From Planctomycetota bacterium (GTDB lineage: Bacteria; Planctomycetota; UBA1135; UBA2386), in NCBI GenBank assembly GCA_016794425.1, contig JAEUHR010000025.1, forward strand, positions 155,041-219,040: DNA of 64,000 nucleotides, read 5' to 3'. Numbering within the stretch: position 1 is the first letter of the stretch; every line of letters starts with the position of its first letter. The notes under the pieces are model-generated. The model made no database searches and was not told the origin of the DNA. It was given only the letters and a program-made list of their open reading frames with translations. Below are positions 1-8,357 of the stretch, piece after piece. The position numbers and the translations under genes were made by a program.

Positions 1-2
1 GC

Positions 3-419
3 AGCAGCGAGCCGTTCGCGCTGGCCTGGGTGACGCGCCGCAACGCGGCGACCAACGCGGTCGCGATCGGCGGCAACCCGGTGCCGGGCGGCGTCGTGAC
101 CTACCAGTTCTCCGATCCGTACCACCCGAACGGCTCCTACCTGGCGGCGCTGTCGCTGACCGGGTCGCCGGCGACCGTGCCGGTCGGGCCCAACCACGTG
201 TTCGACTTCGGCTTCGACATCGTCACCGAGCTGAGTCTGTCGTTGCCCGGCTTCGCCGGCGTCTACGACGCGAACGGCCAGGCCAGCGCGGTGCTGGCGC
301 TGCCGGACTTCGCCTGGTTGACCGGCTTCCCGGTGCACTGCGCGGTGCTGACGTTCGACGCGCAGGTCCCCGGTGCCGTCGAGGAGACATCGCCGGTCGC
401 GACGTTCGTGATCCAGTGA
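3..419 (+). CDS. 3' part of a gene for an exported protein (5' end outside the window); ends with the recurrent C-terminal module
   Basis: The frame is open from the window edge (SSEPFALAW...) to the stop at 417-419. The tail ...GVYDANGQASAVLALPDFAWLTGFPVHCAVLTFDAQ...SPVATFVIQ has the same layout as the C-termini of the proteins at 40847, 55069, 56382 and 58046. Confidence 0.55.
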   Translation, partial: SSEPFALAWVTRRNAATNAVAIGGNPVPGGVVTYQFSDPYHPNGSYLAALSLTGSPATVPVGPNHVFDFGFDIVTELSLSLPGFAGVYDANGQASAVLALPDFAWLTGFPVHCAVLTFDAQVPGAVEETSPVATFVIQ

Positions 420-487
420 CGGTCGGCGTCGGGCGGGCGAGTGCGGGTGCATCGCGGCCGGGTCCACGCTAGCCTCTGCGGCTCGCC

Positions 488-1984
488 ATGCCGCCCATCC
501 GACGCATCCTCGTGGCCAATCGCGGCGAGATCGCGCTGCGCGTGATCCGCACCGCCCAGGAGATGGGCATCGAGACCGTCGCGGTCTACTCGGACGCCGA
601 CCGCGCCGCGCTGCACGTGCGCCGCGCGCACCGCGCCGTGCACCTCGGCGGCAGCAAGCCGTCGGAGAGCTACCTCGACATCGCCAAGGTCGTCGCCGCC
701 GCGAAGGCGACCGGCTGCGATGCGCTGCATCCCGGTTACGGTTTCCTCAGCGAGAACGAGGACGCGGCGCAGGCCTGCCTCGACGCCGGCATCGAGTTCC
801 TCGGGCCGCCGCCGAAAGCGATCCTCGCGATGGGCGACAAGGTCGAGGCGCGCAAGATCGCGCAGCAGGCCGGTGTGCCGCTGGTGCCTGGCCTGCAGGA
901 GGACGTCGACGAGGCGCGCCTGCGCCAAGCGGCGCTGCAGGTCGGTTATCCGGTGATGCTGAAGGCCGCGGCCGGCGGCGGCGGCAAGGGCATCCGCATC
1001 GTGCGCGACGAGAAGGGGCTGCTCGAGGCGTTCCACATGGCGCGCGCCGAGGCCAAGGGTGCGTTCGGCGACGACCGCATCTACCTCGAGAAGTTCGTGA
1101 CGCGGCCGCGGCACGTCGAGATCCAGGTCATGGCCGACAAGCACGGCAACGTCGTGCACTACGGCGAACGCGAGTGCTCGGTGCAGCGCCGCCACCAGAA
1201 GCTGGTCGAGGAATCGCCGTGCGCCGCGCTGTCGCCGGAGCTGCGCGCGCAGATGGGCAAGGCCGCGTGCGACCTCGCGCGGGCGGTCGGCTACGTCGGC
1301 GCCGGCACGGTCGAGTTCCTGTACTCGGAGGGCCGGTTCTACTTCCTCGAGATGAACACGCGCCTGCAGGTCGAGCACCCGGTGACCGAGATGCGGTTCG
1401 GGGTCGACCTCGTGCGCGAGCAGATCCGCGTCGGCCAGGGCGAGAAGGTGACGCCGCCACCGGAGCCGCGCGGCCACGCGATCGAGGTGCGCGTCAACGC
1501 CGAGGATCCGAACACGTTCTTCCCGTCGCTGGGACGGATCACGCGCATGAGCCTGCCGGGCGGCCCCGGCGTGCGGCTCGACAGTGCCCTCTATCGCGGC
1601 ATGGAAGTGACGCCGTTCTACGACAGCATGCTGGCCAAGCTGGTCGTGCACGCCGCCGACCGCGCGCAGGCGATCGAACGCTGCCAGCGCGCGCTGCGCG
1701 AGCTGCGCATCGTCGGCGTGCAGACGTCGCTGCCGGTGGCGCTGCGCGCGCTGCAGAGCGCCGAGTTCCGCGCCGGCGACTACGACACCGGCATCCTCGA
1801 GCGGATCGACAAGAACGCGTCGGCGGTGCCGACCGAGCTGGCGATGCTCGCTGCCGCGACCGCGCGCTTCCTGGCGGCCGAACGTGCCGGCGCCGCCAGC
1901 GCCGCGGGCAGCGGCCCCGCCGACCCGACCCCGGCGTGGGCGCGGCTCGGCCGCGTCGAACGCCTGCGGAGGACTGCACCATGA
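488..1984 (+). CDS. accC: Biotin carboxylase subunit of an acetyl/acyl-CoA carboxylase
   Basis: N-terminus ILVANRGEIALRVIRTAQEMGIETVAVYSDAD. ATP-grasp glycine loop MLKAAAGGGGKGIRIV, plus EKFVTRPRHVEIQV and FLEMNTRLQVEHPVTE. The family match runs the full length. Confidence 0.95.
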   Translation: MPPIRRILVANRGEIALRVIRTAQEMGIETVAVYSDADRAALHVRRAHRAVHLGGSKPSESYLDIAKVVAAAKATGCDALHPGYGFLSENEDAAQACLDAGIEFLGPPPKAILAMGDKVEARKIAQQAGVPLVPGLQEDVDEARLRQAALQVGYPVMLKAAAGGGGKGIRIVRDEKGLLEAFHMARAEAKGAFGDDRIYLEKFVTRPRHVEIQVMADKHGNVVHYGERECSVQRRHQKLVEESPCAALSPELRAQMGKAACDLARAVGYVGAGTVEFLYSEGRFYFLEMNTRLQVEHPVTEMRFGVDLVREQIRVGQGEKVTPPPEPRGHAIEVRVNAEDPNTFFPSLGRITRMSLPGGPGVRLDSALYRGMEVTPFYDSMLAKLVVHAADRAQAIERCQRALRELRIVGVQTSLPVALRALQSAEFRAGDYDTGILERIDKNASAVPTELAMLAAATARFLAAERAGAASAAGSGPADPTPAWARLGRVERLRRTAP

Positions 1985-2481
1985 GGTACCTGGCCCGCCT
2001 GCGCGGCGAAGAGCGCGAGTTCACGATCGAGCGCCGCGGCAACGAGCTGCACGCGCGCTGCGGCAACCGCGACTACCTGCTCGACGTAGCACCGGTCGGC
2101 GACGGCGACACCTTCTCGCTGCTGGTCGACGGCACCAGCTACGACGTCGTCGCCGACGTGCAGCGCGAGCAGGTGTCGGTGCTGATGCTCGGCGAGGCGT
2201 TCGCCGTGCACGTCGAGGACGAACGGGAGCGCGCTGCGCACGCGGTCGCGGGCCACAAGCAGGGTGGCCGCCGCGAACTGCGCGCCGCGATGCCCGGCAT
2301 CGTCGTCGACATCAAGATCAAGGAAGGCGACGCCGTCGAAGAAGGCCAGACGCTGGTCGTGCTCGAGGCGATGAAGATGCAGAACCCGCTGGTCGCCGAG
2401 GCGCCGGGCAAGGTCGTCAAGGTGCACGGCAAGAAGGGCGAGCCGGTCGCCGGTGGCGCGCTGCTGGTCGAGCTGGAGTAG
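1981..2481 (+). CDS. Biotin carboxyl carrier / biotinyl-domain protein (BT-like N-terminus plus biotinyl domain)
   Basis: The ATG at 1981 overlaps the accC stop (ATGA). The C-terminal biotinylation motif is LVVLEAMKMQNPLVAEAPGKV. The listed ORF 1174..2481 is a 5' run-on of this frame. Confidence 0.85.
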   Translation: MRYLARLRGEEREFTIERRGNELHARCGNRDYLLDVAPVGDGDTFSLLVDGTSYDVVADVQREQVSVLMLGEAFAVHVEDERERAAHAVAGHKQGGRRELRAAMPGIVVDIKIKEGDAVEEGQTLVVLEAMKMQNPLVAEAPGKVVKVHGKKGEPVAGGALLVELE

Positions 2482-2492
2482 CGCGGCGCGCT

Positions 2493-3485
2493 TCAGGCGC
2501 CGTCGAACAGGTCGTCCAGCGTCGCCGCGTCGAGCACGCGGTCGGTCCACCGATCGAGTTCCGTCGGTGACGCGGCGCGCAGGCGTGCGACGGTGGCCGG
2601 GTCGGGAGCGCCGAAGCGCCGCGCGATCTGGCGCAGCAGCGTTTCGATGCGGCCCTCGGCCTTCCCCTCGGCCTTCCCCTCGGCCTTGCCCTTCTGATAG
2701 GTGCGTTCCAGCGTGCTCATGATGGTGTCCTCCGGTCGTCGCAGGATGCGTGCCAGTGCTTCGCTGAGGTCGACGGCCGGTACTTCGCTGACGGCGAGAG
2801 CATACCAGCCGACCGCGTCGATGGCGTCGCGGCCGCCGGGCGGGTCCTCGCCGCGATCGACCGCACGCAGCAGTTCCTGCCAGCGGTCGAGCGCGGCCAG
2901 CACCGCCGCAGGGGCGCGCCGAGGCAGGCCGTGCAGGCACAGCAGTCCGAGTTGCGCGAGCGGCGTCAGGCCTTGCCGCCACGGTTCGTCTGCCGGTGCG
3001 GCCGCGAGGTCGTCGACCAGCAGCGAGAGCCGCGGCTGCAGTGCGGCCAAGGCGTGTGCGGCCCCTGCCGGCAGCGTCAACAGGTCCGGGTGCGCCGGTG
3101 CGGCCGGCAGCGGAGCACCGCCGTGGTGCAGCACGATCGGAACCACCAGCGGCGCTGGTCCGCGGCCGCGCCGCTGGAACACCCGACGCAGGTGCACGAC
3201 GTAGCGCAGCACCTGCGCCTCCGGCGCGGCGGTTGCCTCGTGCTTGTGTTCGAGCAGCAGCACGACGTTCCCCCCTGTCGTCAGGGCGGCGACGAACACG
3301 GCATCGGCCTCCTGGCGCCGCAGGTGGACGGCGTGCATCGCGGCTGGCGCCGGAACCAGCGTGTGCCAGTCGATCGCGGCCGTCAGCTCGACCGGCATCA
3401 CGCTGCCGAGCCAGCTGGCGGCGTGGCGTGTCTGCGCGAACACGGTGCGGAACAACGCGTCGTGCGGAGCATCGAGGAAGCCCAT
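2493..3485 (-). CDS. Rpn/YhgA-like PD-(D/E)XK recombination-promoting nuclease (putative transposase family) with a DUF4351-like tail
   Basis: Start MGFLDAPHDALFRTVF at 3485. Core ...DAVFVAALTTGGNVVLLLEHKHEA.....LRYVVHL. The C-terminal EG-repeat is followed by IETLLRQIARRFG...LDRWTDRVLDAATLDDLF, typical of this family. The upstream part of ORF 2493..3947 is a low-complexity run-on. Confidence 0.7.
   Translation of the reverse strand: MGFLDAPHDALFRTVFAQTRHAASWLGSVMPVELTAAIDWHTLVPAPAAMHAVHLRRQEADAVFVAALTTGGNVVLLLEHKHEATAAPEAQVLRYVVHLRRVFQRRGRGPAPLVVPIVLHHGGAPLPAAPAHPDLLTLPAGAAHALAALQPRLSLLVDDLAAAPADEPWRQGLTPLAQLGLLCLHGLPRRAPAAVLAALDRWQELLRAVDRGEDPPGGRDAIDAVGWYALAVSEVPAVDLSEALARILRRPEDTIMSTLERTYQKGKAEGKAEGKAEGRIETLLRQIARRFGAPDPATVARLRAASPTELDRWTDRVLDAATLDDLFDGA
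2653..2688. repeat. 12-bp tandem repeat x3 (ccctcggccttc) inside the Rpn-like gene
   Basis: Read directly. There are two perfect units and one unit with a single mismatch. On the minus strand it encodes KAEGKAEGKAEG. Confidence 0.8.
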
Positions 3486-3603
3486 GCCCCGGGGCAGGCG
3501 GGTCGCGCGTTTTCGGCGCGAAATCCGGTCACCGCCGGCCCCGGGGGCGGCGGTGTCGCCGCGAACGGTGACACCGTCGTGCCGACCGCCTAGGCTCGGC
3601 CGC

Positions 3604-4419
3604 GTGCTGCTCCACCGCCGGCCCTGCTGCCTGCTGCTGTCGATGCTTGCTGCCTGCGCGCTGTCGGCGCCGCCGGCCGACGCGACGCTGGCCACCGCGG
3701 CCACCCGCGACGAACTCGAGGACCAGGCGCAGGCAGCGTTGCTGCGGGCGCGTGCCGCGACCGGCGCCGACCTGCTGCCGGCACAACTCGAAGCGACCGC
3801 GCTGCTGTTCGCCGCCGCCGACCGGCGGCTGCAGGTCGCGACCGTCGCCTGGCTCGACGCGAACCCGGCGGCGACCCGCAGCGAAGTGCTGGCGGCGGAC
3901 GACCAGGTCGCCGACGACGTGCGCACCGGGATCCTGTCGTTGTGCACGGCCGGGCTCGAACTGGCCGAAGCAGCCCACGCCGCGCATCAGGACAGCGGGC
4001 CGGCCGCGCTGCACACCGGGCTGCACTTGTCGCTGATCGCCTGGGCGAATGGTCCGGCGCGGTCGCTGTTCGCCGGCTACGGCCCACGGCTGGTGGCCGC
4101 GATCGACGCGGCGCTGGCGCTCGACCGAGCCCTGGACGGCGGGGCGCCGCTGCGCCTCGCGGGCCGGTTCCGCGGCCGCGCCCCGTGGCCGTACGGCGAC
4201 CTGCCGCTGGCGCGGCAGCTGCTCGGCGAAGCGGTCGGCCTGCGGTCGGTGCCGGTCAACCACCTGTTCTTCGGCGACGCGCTGGCGGCAGCCGGCGAAC
4301 TGCCAGCGGCGCGCGCGCAGTGGCAGCTCGCGGTCACGGCGCCTTTCGATGCGACCACGCGCTGGTCGGCCGACCTGCTGCGCACGCTGGCGCAGCGTCG
4401 CCTCGCCGCACCCGAGTAG
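3604..4419 (+). CDS. Secreted helical protein of unknown function (possibly TPR/TatT-like)
   Basis: The GTG at 3604 gives the signal-like N-terminus VLLHRRPCCLLLSMLAACALSAPPADA. An alternative ATG is at 3643. The body is Ala/Leu-rich and helical. I recognise no catalytic motif. Confidence 0.55.
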   Translation: MLLHRRPCCLLLSMLAACALSAPPADATLATAATRDELEDQAQAALLRARAATGADLLPAQLEATALLFAAADRRLQVATVAWLDANPAATRSEVLAADDQVADDVRTGILSLCTAGLELAEAAHAAHQDSGPAALHTGLHLSLIAWANGPARSLFAGYGPRLVAAIDAALALDRALDGGAPLRLAGRFRGRAPWPYGDLPLARQLLGEAVGLRSVPVNHLFFGDALAAAGELPAARAQWQLAVTAPFDATTRWSADLLRTLAQRRLAAPE

Positions 4420-4420
4420 C

Positions 4421-5290
4421 TCAGCCGGCGCTGCACTCGAGGCGCAGCGTCAGCGTGTGGCTCGCGCCCGGCGCCAGTTCGATCGCGGCCTCGCGCACGT
4501 TCGCCGACTCGATGCAGCAGAAGCGCTGCCAGTCGTCGGCGGCCATCTGCGACAGCTTCGCGGTCTTCGCGGGCCACGGGTTCCACACGATCGCCGACGC
4601 GGCGCCGGTCGTCTGCAGCACGACGGTGCGCGACAGCAAAGGCGCACGCAGCTCGAGCCGCTCGGGCACGCGCTGGAAGATGCGGTCGGTCTCGGCGCGG
4701 AAGCGCAGCGGCTGCCGCGGATCCCAGCCGGTTTCGGGCGCCGCGGCGTGTTCGGTGTGCGGCGACGCTTCGAGTCCGTGCACGCTCGCGGTCGCGATGT
4801 CGCCGACACCGAAGTAGGTGTGCAGCGCCTGCTCGCAGCGGAACGGCGCCGTACCGGTGTTCTCGATCGACAGACCCAGCCGCAGCCGGCTGCCGAGCAC
4901 GACCGACAGCCGCAGCCGGAACGCGTGCGGCCACATCGCGCGGGTCGCGTCGTCGTCGCCGAGTTGCAGCACGACCTCGGGCGTCTCGTTGGCGTGCACG
5001 AGCTGCCACGTGCGGTTGCGCGCGAAGCCGTGTGCCGGCAGCTTCGCGTCGGCCGGGTGGTCGCCGAACCACGGGAACACCAGCGGTACGCCGCCGCGCA
5101 CCGGCTGGCCGTCGGCGTACTTCGGCTGGCTCGCGGTCCACAGCACGTCGGTGCCCTGGCGCAGCCAGCGCAGCACCTGTGCGCCGACCGTCGCGACCTC
5201 GACCGCGTCACCGTCGTGCTCGAGCCGCAGCAGGCTGCGGCCGCCCGGGTCCCGGTCCTGCTTGACGTTCGAGGGGAGTCGCTCGCTCAT
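4421..5290 (-). CDS. D-hexose-6-phosphate mutarotase (YeaD-type aldose 1-epimerase family)
   Basis: Motifs GGVPLVFPWFG, AHGFARNRTWQL, ALHTYFGV and IVWNPW match the YeaD/aldose-epimerase-like family over the full length. Confidence 0.85.
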   Translation of the reverse strand: MSERLPSNVKQDRDPGGRSLLRLEHDGDAVEVATVGAQVLRWLRQGTDVLWTASQPKYADGQPVRGGVPLVFPWFGDHPADAKLPAHGFARNRTWQLVHANETPEVVLQLGDDDATRAMWPHAFRLRLSVVLGSRLRLGLSIENTGTAPFRCEQALHTYFGVGDIATASVHGLEASPHTEHAAAPETGWDPRQPLRFRAETDRIFQRVPERLELRAPLLSRTVVLQTTGAASAIVWNPWPAKTAKLSQMAADDWQRFCCIESANVREAAIELAPGASHTLTLRLECSAG

Positions 5291-5339
5291 GGCCGCGATT
5301 GGAGCGCGGCGCGGCTTTGCTTTCCGCTGTGCCCGTCGC

Positions 5340-5500
5340 TACCGTGCGCGGCGTTCCCCGCGGGGAAGTCCGGTGCGAAGCCGGCGCTGTCCCGCAGCTG
5401 TGACCGAGGACGAACGCGATCGAGACCACTGGCGGCGCCGTGTCGGTGACGCCGGGAAGGGATCGCCAGTAGGACGATCCGGGAGCCAGAACATCCGCGT
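5340..5500 (+). promoter_or_regulatory. Cobalamin (B12) riboswitch
   Basis: Three plus-strand core elements are present. (1) GGGAAGTCCGGTGCGAAGCCGGCGCTGTCCCGCAGCTGTGA at about 5362-5403 parallels the E. coli btuB leader GGGAAUCCAGUGCGAAUCUGGAGCUGACGCGCAGCGGUAA. (2) CCACTGG (5426-5432) ... GCCGGGAAGG (5451-5460). (3) A B12-box-like GAGCCAGAACATCCGC at 5483-5498. The element is co-oriented with and 5' of the ORF at 5564, whose SD GGAGG is at 5556-5560. The boundaries are approximate. Confidence 0.8.
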
Positions 5501-5563
5501 GGAATCGGCGCCGACGAGGCGCCGCGGCTCCTTCCGAACCGGCGCGAACGACGCCGGAGGATC

Positions 5564-6580
5564 ATGCAACCGATCCGCGCACTCCGCGTGGCCGCCGCCC
5601 TCCTGGGCGCGTCGGCCGTCTCCAGTCCGCTGTCCGCCCAGAGCGTCTTCGCGACGACCGTGGTCGCCAGCAACACCAACGGCAACGCCGGCGGTGGCGT
5701 GTTCGCGCCCGGCAACGCGCTCGGCGCGCCCGACGGGCCCCTGGGCGTACATTCGCTCGGTACGGGCGGCAGCCTGACGCTCGGCTTCGCGCTGCCGATC
5801 GCGAACGGACCCGGCGCCGACTTCCTGGTCGGCGAGAATCCGTTCCTGGTCGCCGGCACCTTCTTCGCGAGCTTCGCCGAGGTCGCGTTCGTCGAGGTCA
5901 GCAGCGACGGCGTGCACTTCGTCCGCTTCCCGGCGCGCTACTTCGGGCCGGCGGCGTCGCCGGGTGCGTTCGGCATCGCCGGCATCGGCAGCTACGCGAA
6001 CCTGGCCGGCCAGCACCCGGTGCTGGCGACTGCGCCGGGCAGCGACGTGCAAGACGTCGTCGAGGCCGGCGGCGACGCGTTCGATCTGGCCGATCTGGCC
6101 GCCGACCTGGCGGTCGTCGGCGGCGCGGTCGACCTCGGCGCGATCGTGCAGGTGCGCCTGGTCGACGTGCGGGACGGCGTGTCGCTCGACGCGGTCGGCG
6201 TGCCGATCCACGATCCGAGCGCCGGCAGCGCCGACATCGACGCGGTGACCGCGATCCACCGGCAGGGTGAGGTCGCGGCGAACGGCCCGAGCGTCGCGCT
6301 CGCGATCGCCACAGACGGCACGATCGTCGTGCGGCTCGAGGACCCGGACGGCTGGCAGGACATCGATCCGGCGTCGCTGCGGGCGGCGCTGTTCGGCGTG
6401 CCGCTGGCGTTCGGCGACGTGGTCGGCACGTTCTTCCAGGTGCAGGCCGTCGACGCGAACGGGTTCACGCTGGTGCAGCCGTTCCCGCTGCCGAGCGAAC
6501 TGCAGTTCTCGCTGTCGTTCGCGCTCAAGGACCTGGCGGGCCACCGCTCGGGCGCGCAGCGGGTGCGGCCGACGAGCTGA
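5564..6580 (+). CDS. Secreted protein of unknown function, downstream of the cobalamin riboswitch
   Basis: Signal peptide MQPIRALRVAAALLGASAVSSPLSAQ. The mature part has ALGAPDG...SLGTGGSLTLGF...GPGADFLVGENPF...FAEVAFVEVSSDGVHFVRF, a surface-protein-like beta domain, followed by a second roughly 90-aa domain. I recognise no known B12 transporter or enzyme motif. Confidence 0.8.
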   Translation: MQPIRALRVAAALLGASAVSSPLSAQSVFATTVVASNTNGNAGGGVFAPGNALGAPDGPLGVHSLGTGGSLTLGFALPIANGPGADFLVGENPFLVAGTFFASFAEVAFVEVSSDGVHFVRFPARYFGPAASPGAFGIAGIGSYANLAGQHPVLATAPGSDVQDVVEAGGDAFDLADLAADLAVVGGAVDLGAIVQVRLVDVRDGVSLDAVGVPIHDPSAGSADIDAVTAIHRQGEVAANGPSVALAIATDGTIVVRLEDPDGWQDIDPASLRAALFGVPLAFGDVVGTFFQVQAVDANGFTLVQPFPLPSELQFSLSFALKDLAGHRSGAQRVRPTS

Positions 6581-6773
6581 CGCGGCCGTCGCCGCCGGCG
6601 CAGGCGCGGCACAGGCAGGCCCGGTCGCGCGCTGCGGCCGGGACCCGCGCCAGCGTCGCGGGGTCGAACGCCACCGCTTCGCACCAGCACGGGCCGGCGC
6701 CGCCGACGGCCCGGACGCACCGGTTGTCGGCGCCGCAGAGCGGGCATCGGCGCGCGTCGCAGGAGGGCTGCAC
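6525..6773 (-). CDS. Cysteine-rich CWC-family small protein
   Basis: CPLCGADNRC...GPCWCEAVAF...ACLCRAC shows the CxxC...CWC...CxCxxC pattern of the Cys_rich_CWC family. Its 3' end overlaps the convergent 5564 gene by 56 nt. Confidence 0.6.
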   Translation of the reverse strand: MQPSCDARRCPLCGADNRCVRAVGGAGPCWCEAVAFDPATLARVPAAARDRACLCRACAGGDGRVSSSAAPAARPSGGPPGP

Positions 6774-6804
6774 CGCGGCAGCGTAGTCGCTGCCGCCGCG
6801 GCCG

Positions 6805-8262
6805 TCAGTTCTTCATCTGCTTCAGCTTCGCGATCGCGCCGAGCACGTTCTTGCCCGACGTCGCGCGCGAGCCGGTCTTGTAGCCGGCGTTGGCATCCTC
6901 GCCCTTGGTCGCAGCGGCGGCCGGGGCCGGGGCCGAGGGCGCGGCGGGCGTCTCGGCCTTCGGCGTCGACGCGGCCGCAGCCGCAGCAGCGGGCGCGGGC
7001 GCCGCCGCCTGGGCCGCCGCGGCGACCGGTGCCGCCGCCGCACCGCGCGCGCCGTTGCGCACCGCGGCCTGGATCTGCGCCACCGCCGTCGCGACGCCGC
7101 TCAGTTCACGCTGCAGATCCCGCACGCCGGACTCGAGTCCGCCGAGGTTGCCGTCGCGCAGTTGCTGCAGACCTTCGGTCAGGCCACGCGTCGCCTTGTC
7201 GAGCCGGTCCTGCAGCTGCGACGTGGCCTTGCCGAGGCCGTCGCCGCGCAGCTGGTGCACTTCCTCGCGCGTCTTCTGCGTCGCGTCTTCGAGCCGCAGC
7301 AGGCTCTTCTGCACGTCGCTGTGGTCCAGGCGCTGCGCCAGGGCCGCGACCGCGACTTCGATGCGGCCGAGGTGCTGCTGCACCGGCTCCAGCGACACCG
7401 TGACCTGCTTGCGCGCCAGCTTGTCGACGTCGGCGGCGATGACGTGCAGCGCGTCGCGCAGCTCGGCGCGGTCCTGCTTGCCGCCGTCGTCGCCGGCCAG
7501 CCGCGCCTCGAGCTTCGCCAGGCCGCCGCGCGCCGCTTCGGCCGCCGTCTCGACCGCCGTGCGCGTCTGCGTGATCGCGGCCGCCAGGTCCGTGGTCTGC
7601 CCCGAGATCTCCATCAGGGGCTTGCCGTACATCTTGATCGCCTTGGTCAGGTTGTTGATCTTCTCTTCCTGACGCTGCATCGCCATCAGCACGTGCTGCA
7701 GCTCCTCACCGGCCGCGGGCGGCCGCTCGTTGCTGGCCTGCTGCGCGGCGACCAGGAACTCCAGGCTCTCCTGCGCGCTGCGGGCCCATTCGCCGCCCTG
7801 GTCCGCGCCCTGGCGCGGCGCCTGCAGGCGCGTCAGGTGGCGCTGCAGCAGCGCGCCGGTGACCAGCACCGTGCCCAGCACGAACAGCGTGCCGCTGCTG
7901 AGGCCGAGCCGCGCCAGCGCGGTCACCGCGTTGCTCTCCGACAGCATCGTGCCGAGTGCCGTCGCGGTGGCGACGACCAGCAGCCCGAGCACCAGCAGCG
8001 GCATGCCGCCGCCCGCAGGACGATGGCCACCGTTGTCGGTGCGCTCGGTGCGCTGCGAGGGCGACGGCGTCTCGGCGCCGCTCGCGCCCGCGTCGTCGCT
8101 GGTCTCGAACGTCGCCGTGGCGCTCGGTTCGTCGGCACCGATTGCCTCGGCTGCCGGTTCGCCGGTCTCCGGCTCCTCGTGGTCCGCGGCGGCGGGCTCC
8201 GCGGCATCGAAGAAGCTCGGCAGCGTATCGGGCTTGGGATGCGGTTCGGCAGGGTGCTTCAT
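6805..8262 (-). CDS. Membrane-anchored coiled-coil protein of unknown function
   Basis: The start MKHPAEPHPKPD is at 8262 (cat at 8260-8262). It has an acidic N-terminal region and two hydrophobic spans (MPLLVLGLLVVATATALG, GTLFVLGTVLVTGALL). A long heptad-like region follows. The tail is Ala/Pro-rich and ends in an amphipathic KNVLGAIAKLKQMKN. Confidence 0.65.
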   Translation of the reverse strand: MKHPAEPHPKPDTLPSFFDAAEPAAADHEEPETGEPAAEAIGADEPSATATFETSDDAGASGAETPSPSQRTERTDNGGHRPAGGGMPLLVLGLLVVATATALGTMLSESNAVTALARLGLSSGTLFVLGTVLVTGALLQRHLTRLQAPRQGADQGGEWARSAQESLEFLVAAQQASNERPPAAGEELQHVLMAMQRQEEKINNLTKAIKMYGKPLMEISGQTTDLAAAITQTRTAVETAAEAARGGLAKLEARLAGDDGGKQDRAELRDALHVIAADVDKLARKQVTVSLEPVQQHLGRIEVAVAALAQRLDHSDVQKSLLRLEDATQKTREEVHQLRGDGLGKATSQLQDRLDKATRGLTEGLQQLRDGNLGGLESGVRDLQRELSGVATAVAQIQAAVRNGARGAAAAPVAAAAQAAAPAPAAAAAAASTPKAETPAAPSAPAPAAAATKGEDANAGYKTGSRATSGKNVLGAIAKLKQMKN

Positions 8263-8357
8263 GGCGAGTGCGAGAGTCCGGTCGCATCGATCGGCATCCC
8301 GCTGCGGCGAGATGAAGCAGTCGTGTTGCAAACTGCCGCACCGTCCCCGAAAACCTC

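Noticed and set aside
263-1651. 462-aa minus-strand ORF antisense to accC. The same applies to 8259..10289 (antisense to ptsI), 15828..17597 and 17327..20194 (antisense to the MacB/MacA genes), 22658..25447 (antisense to ftsK), 25952..28930, 28536..30818, 35840..37216, 41798..43849, 48274..49959, 50778..52376, 51767..56491, 56391..58100, 59281..60906, 60506..62137 and 60645..62705.
   Set aside because: These translations are Arg/Ala/Gly/Pro/His-rich low-complexity strings with no motifs. Each lies opposite an ORF with an unambiguous family signature. Long shadow ORFs are expected at this GC content because stop codons are AT-rich.
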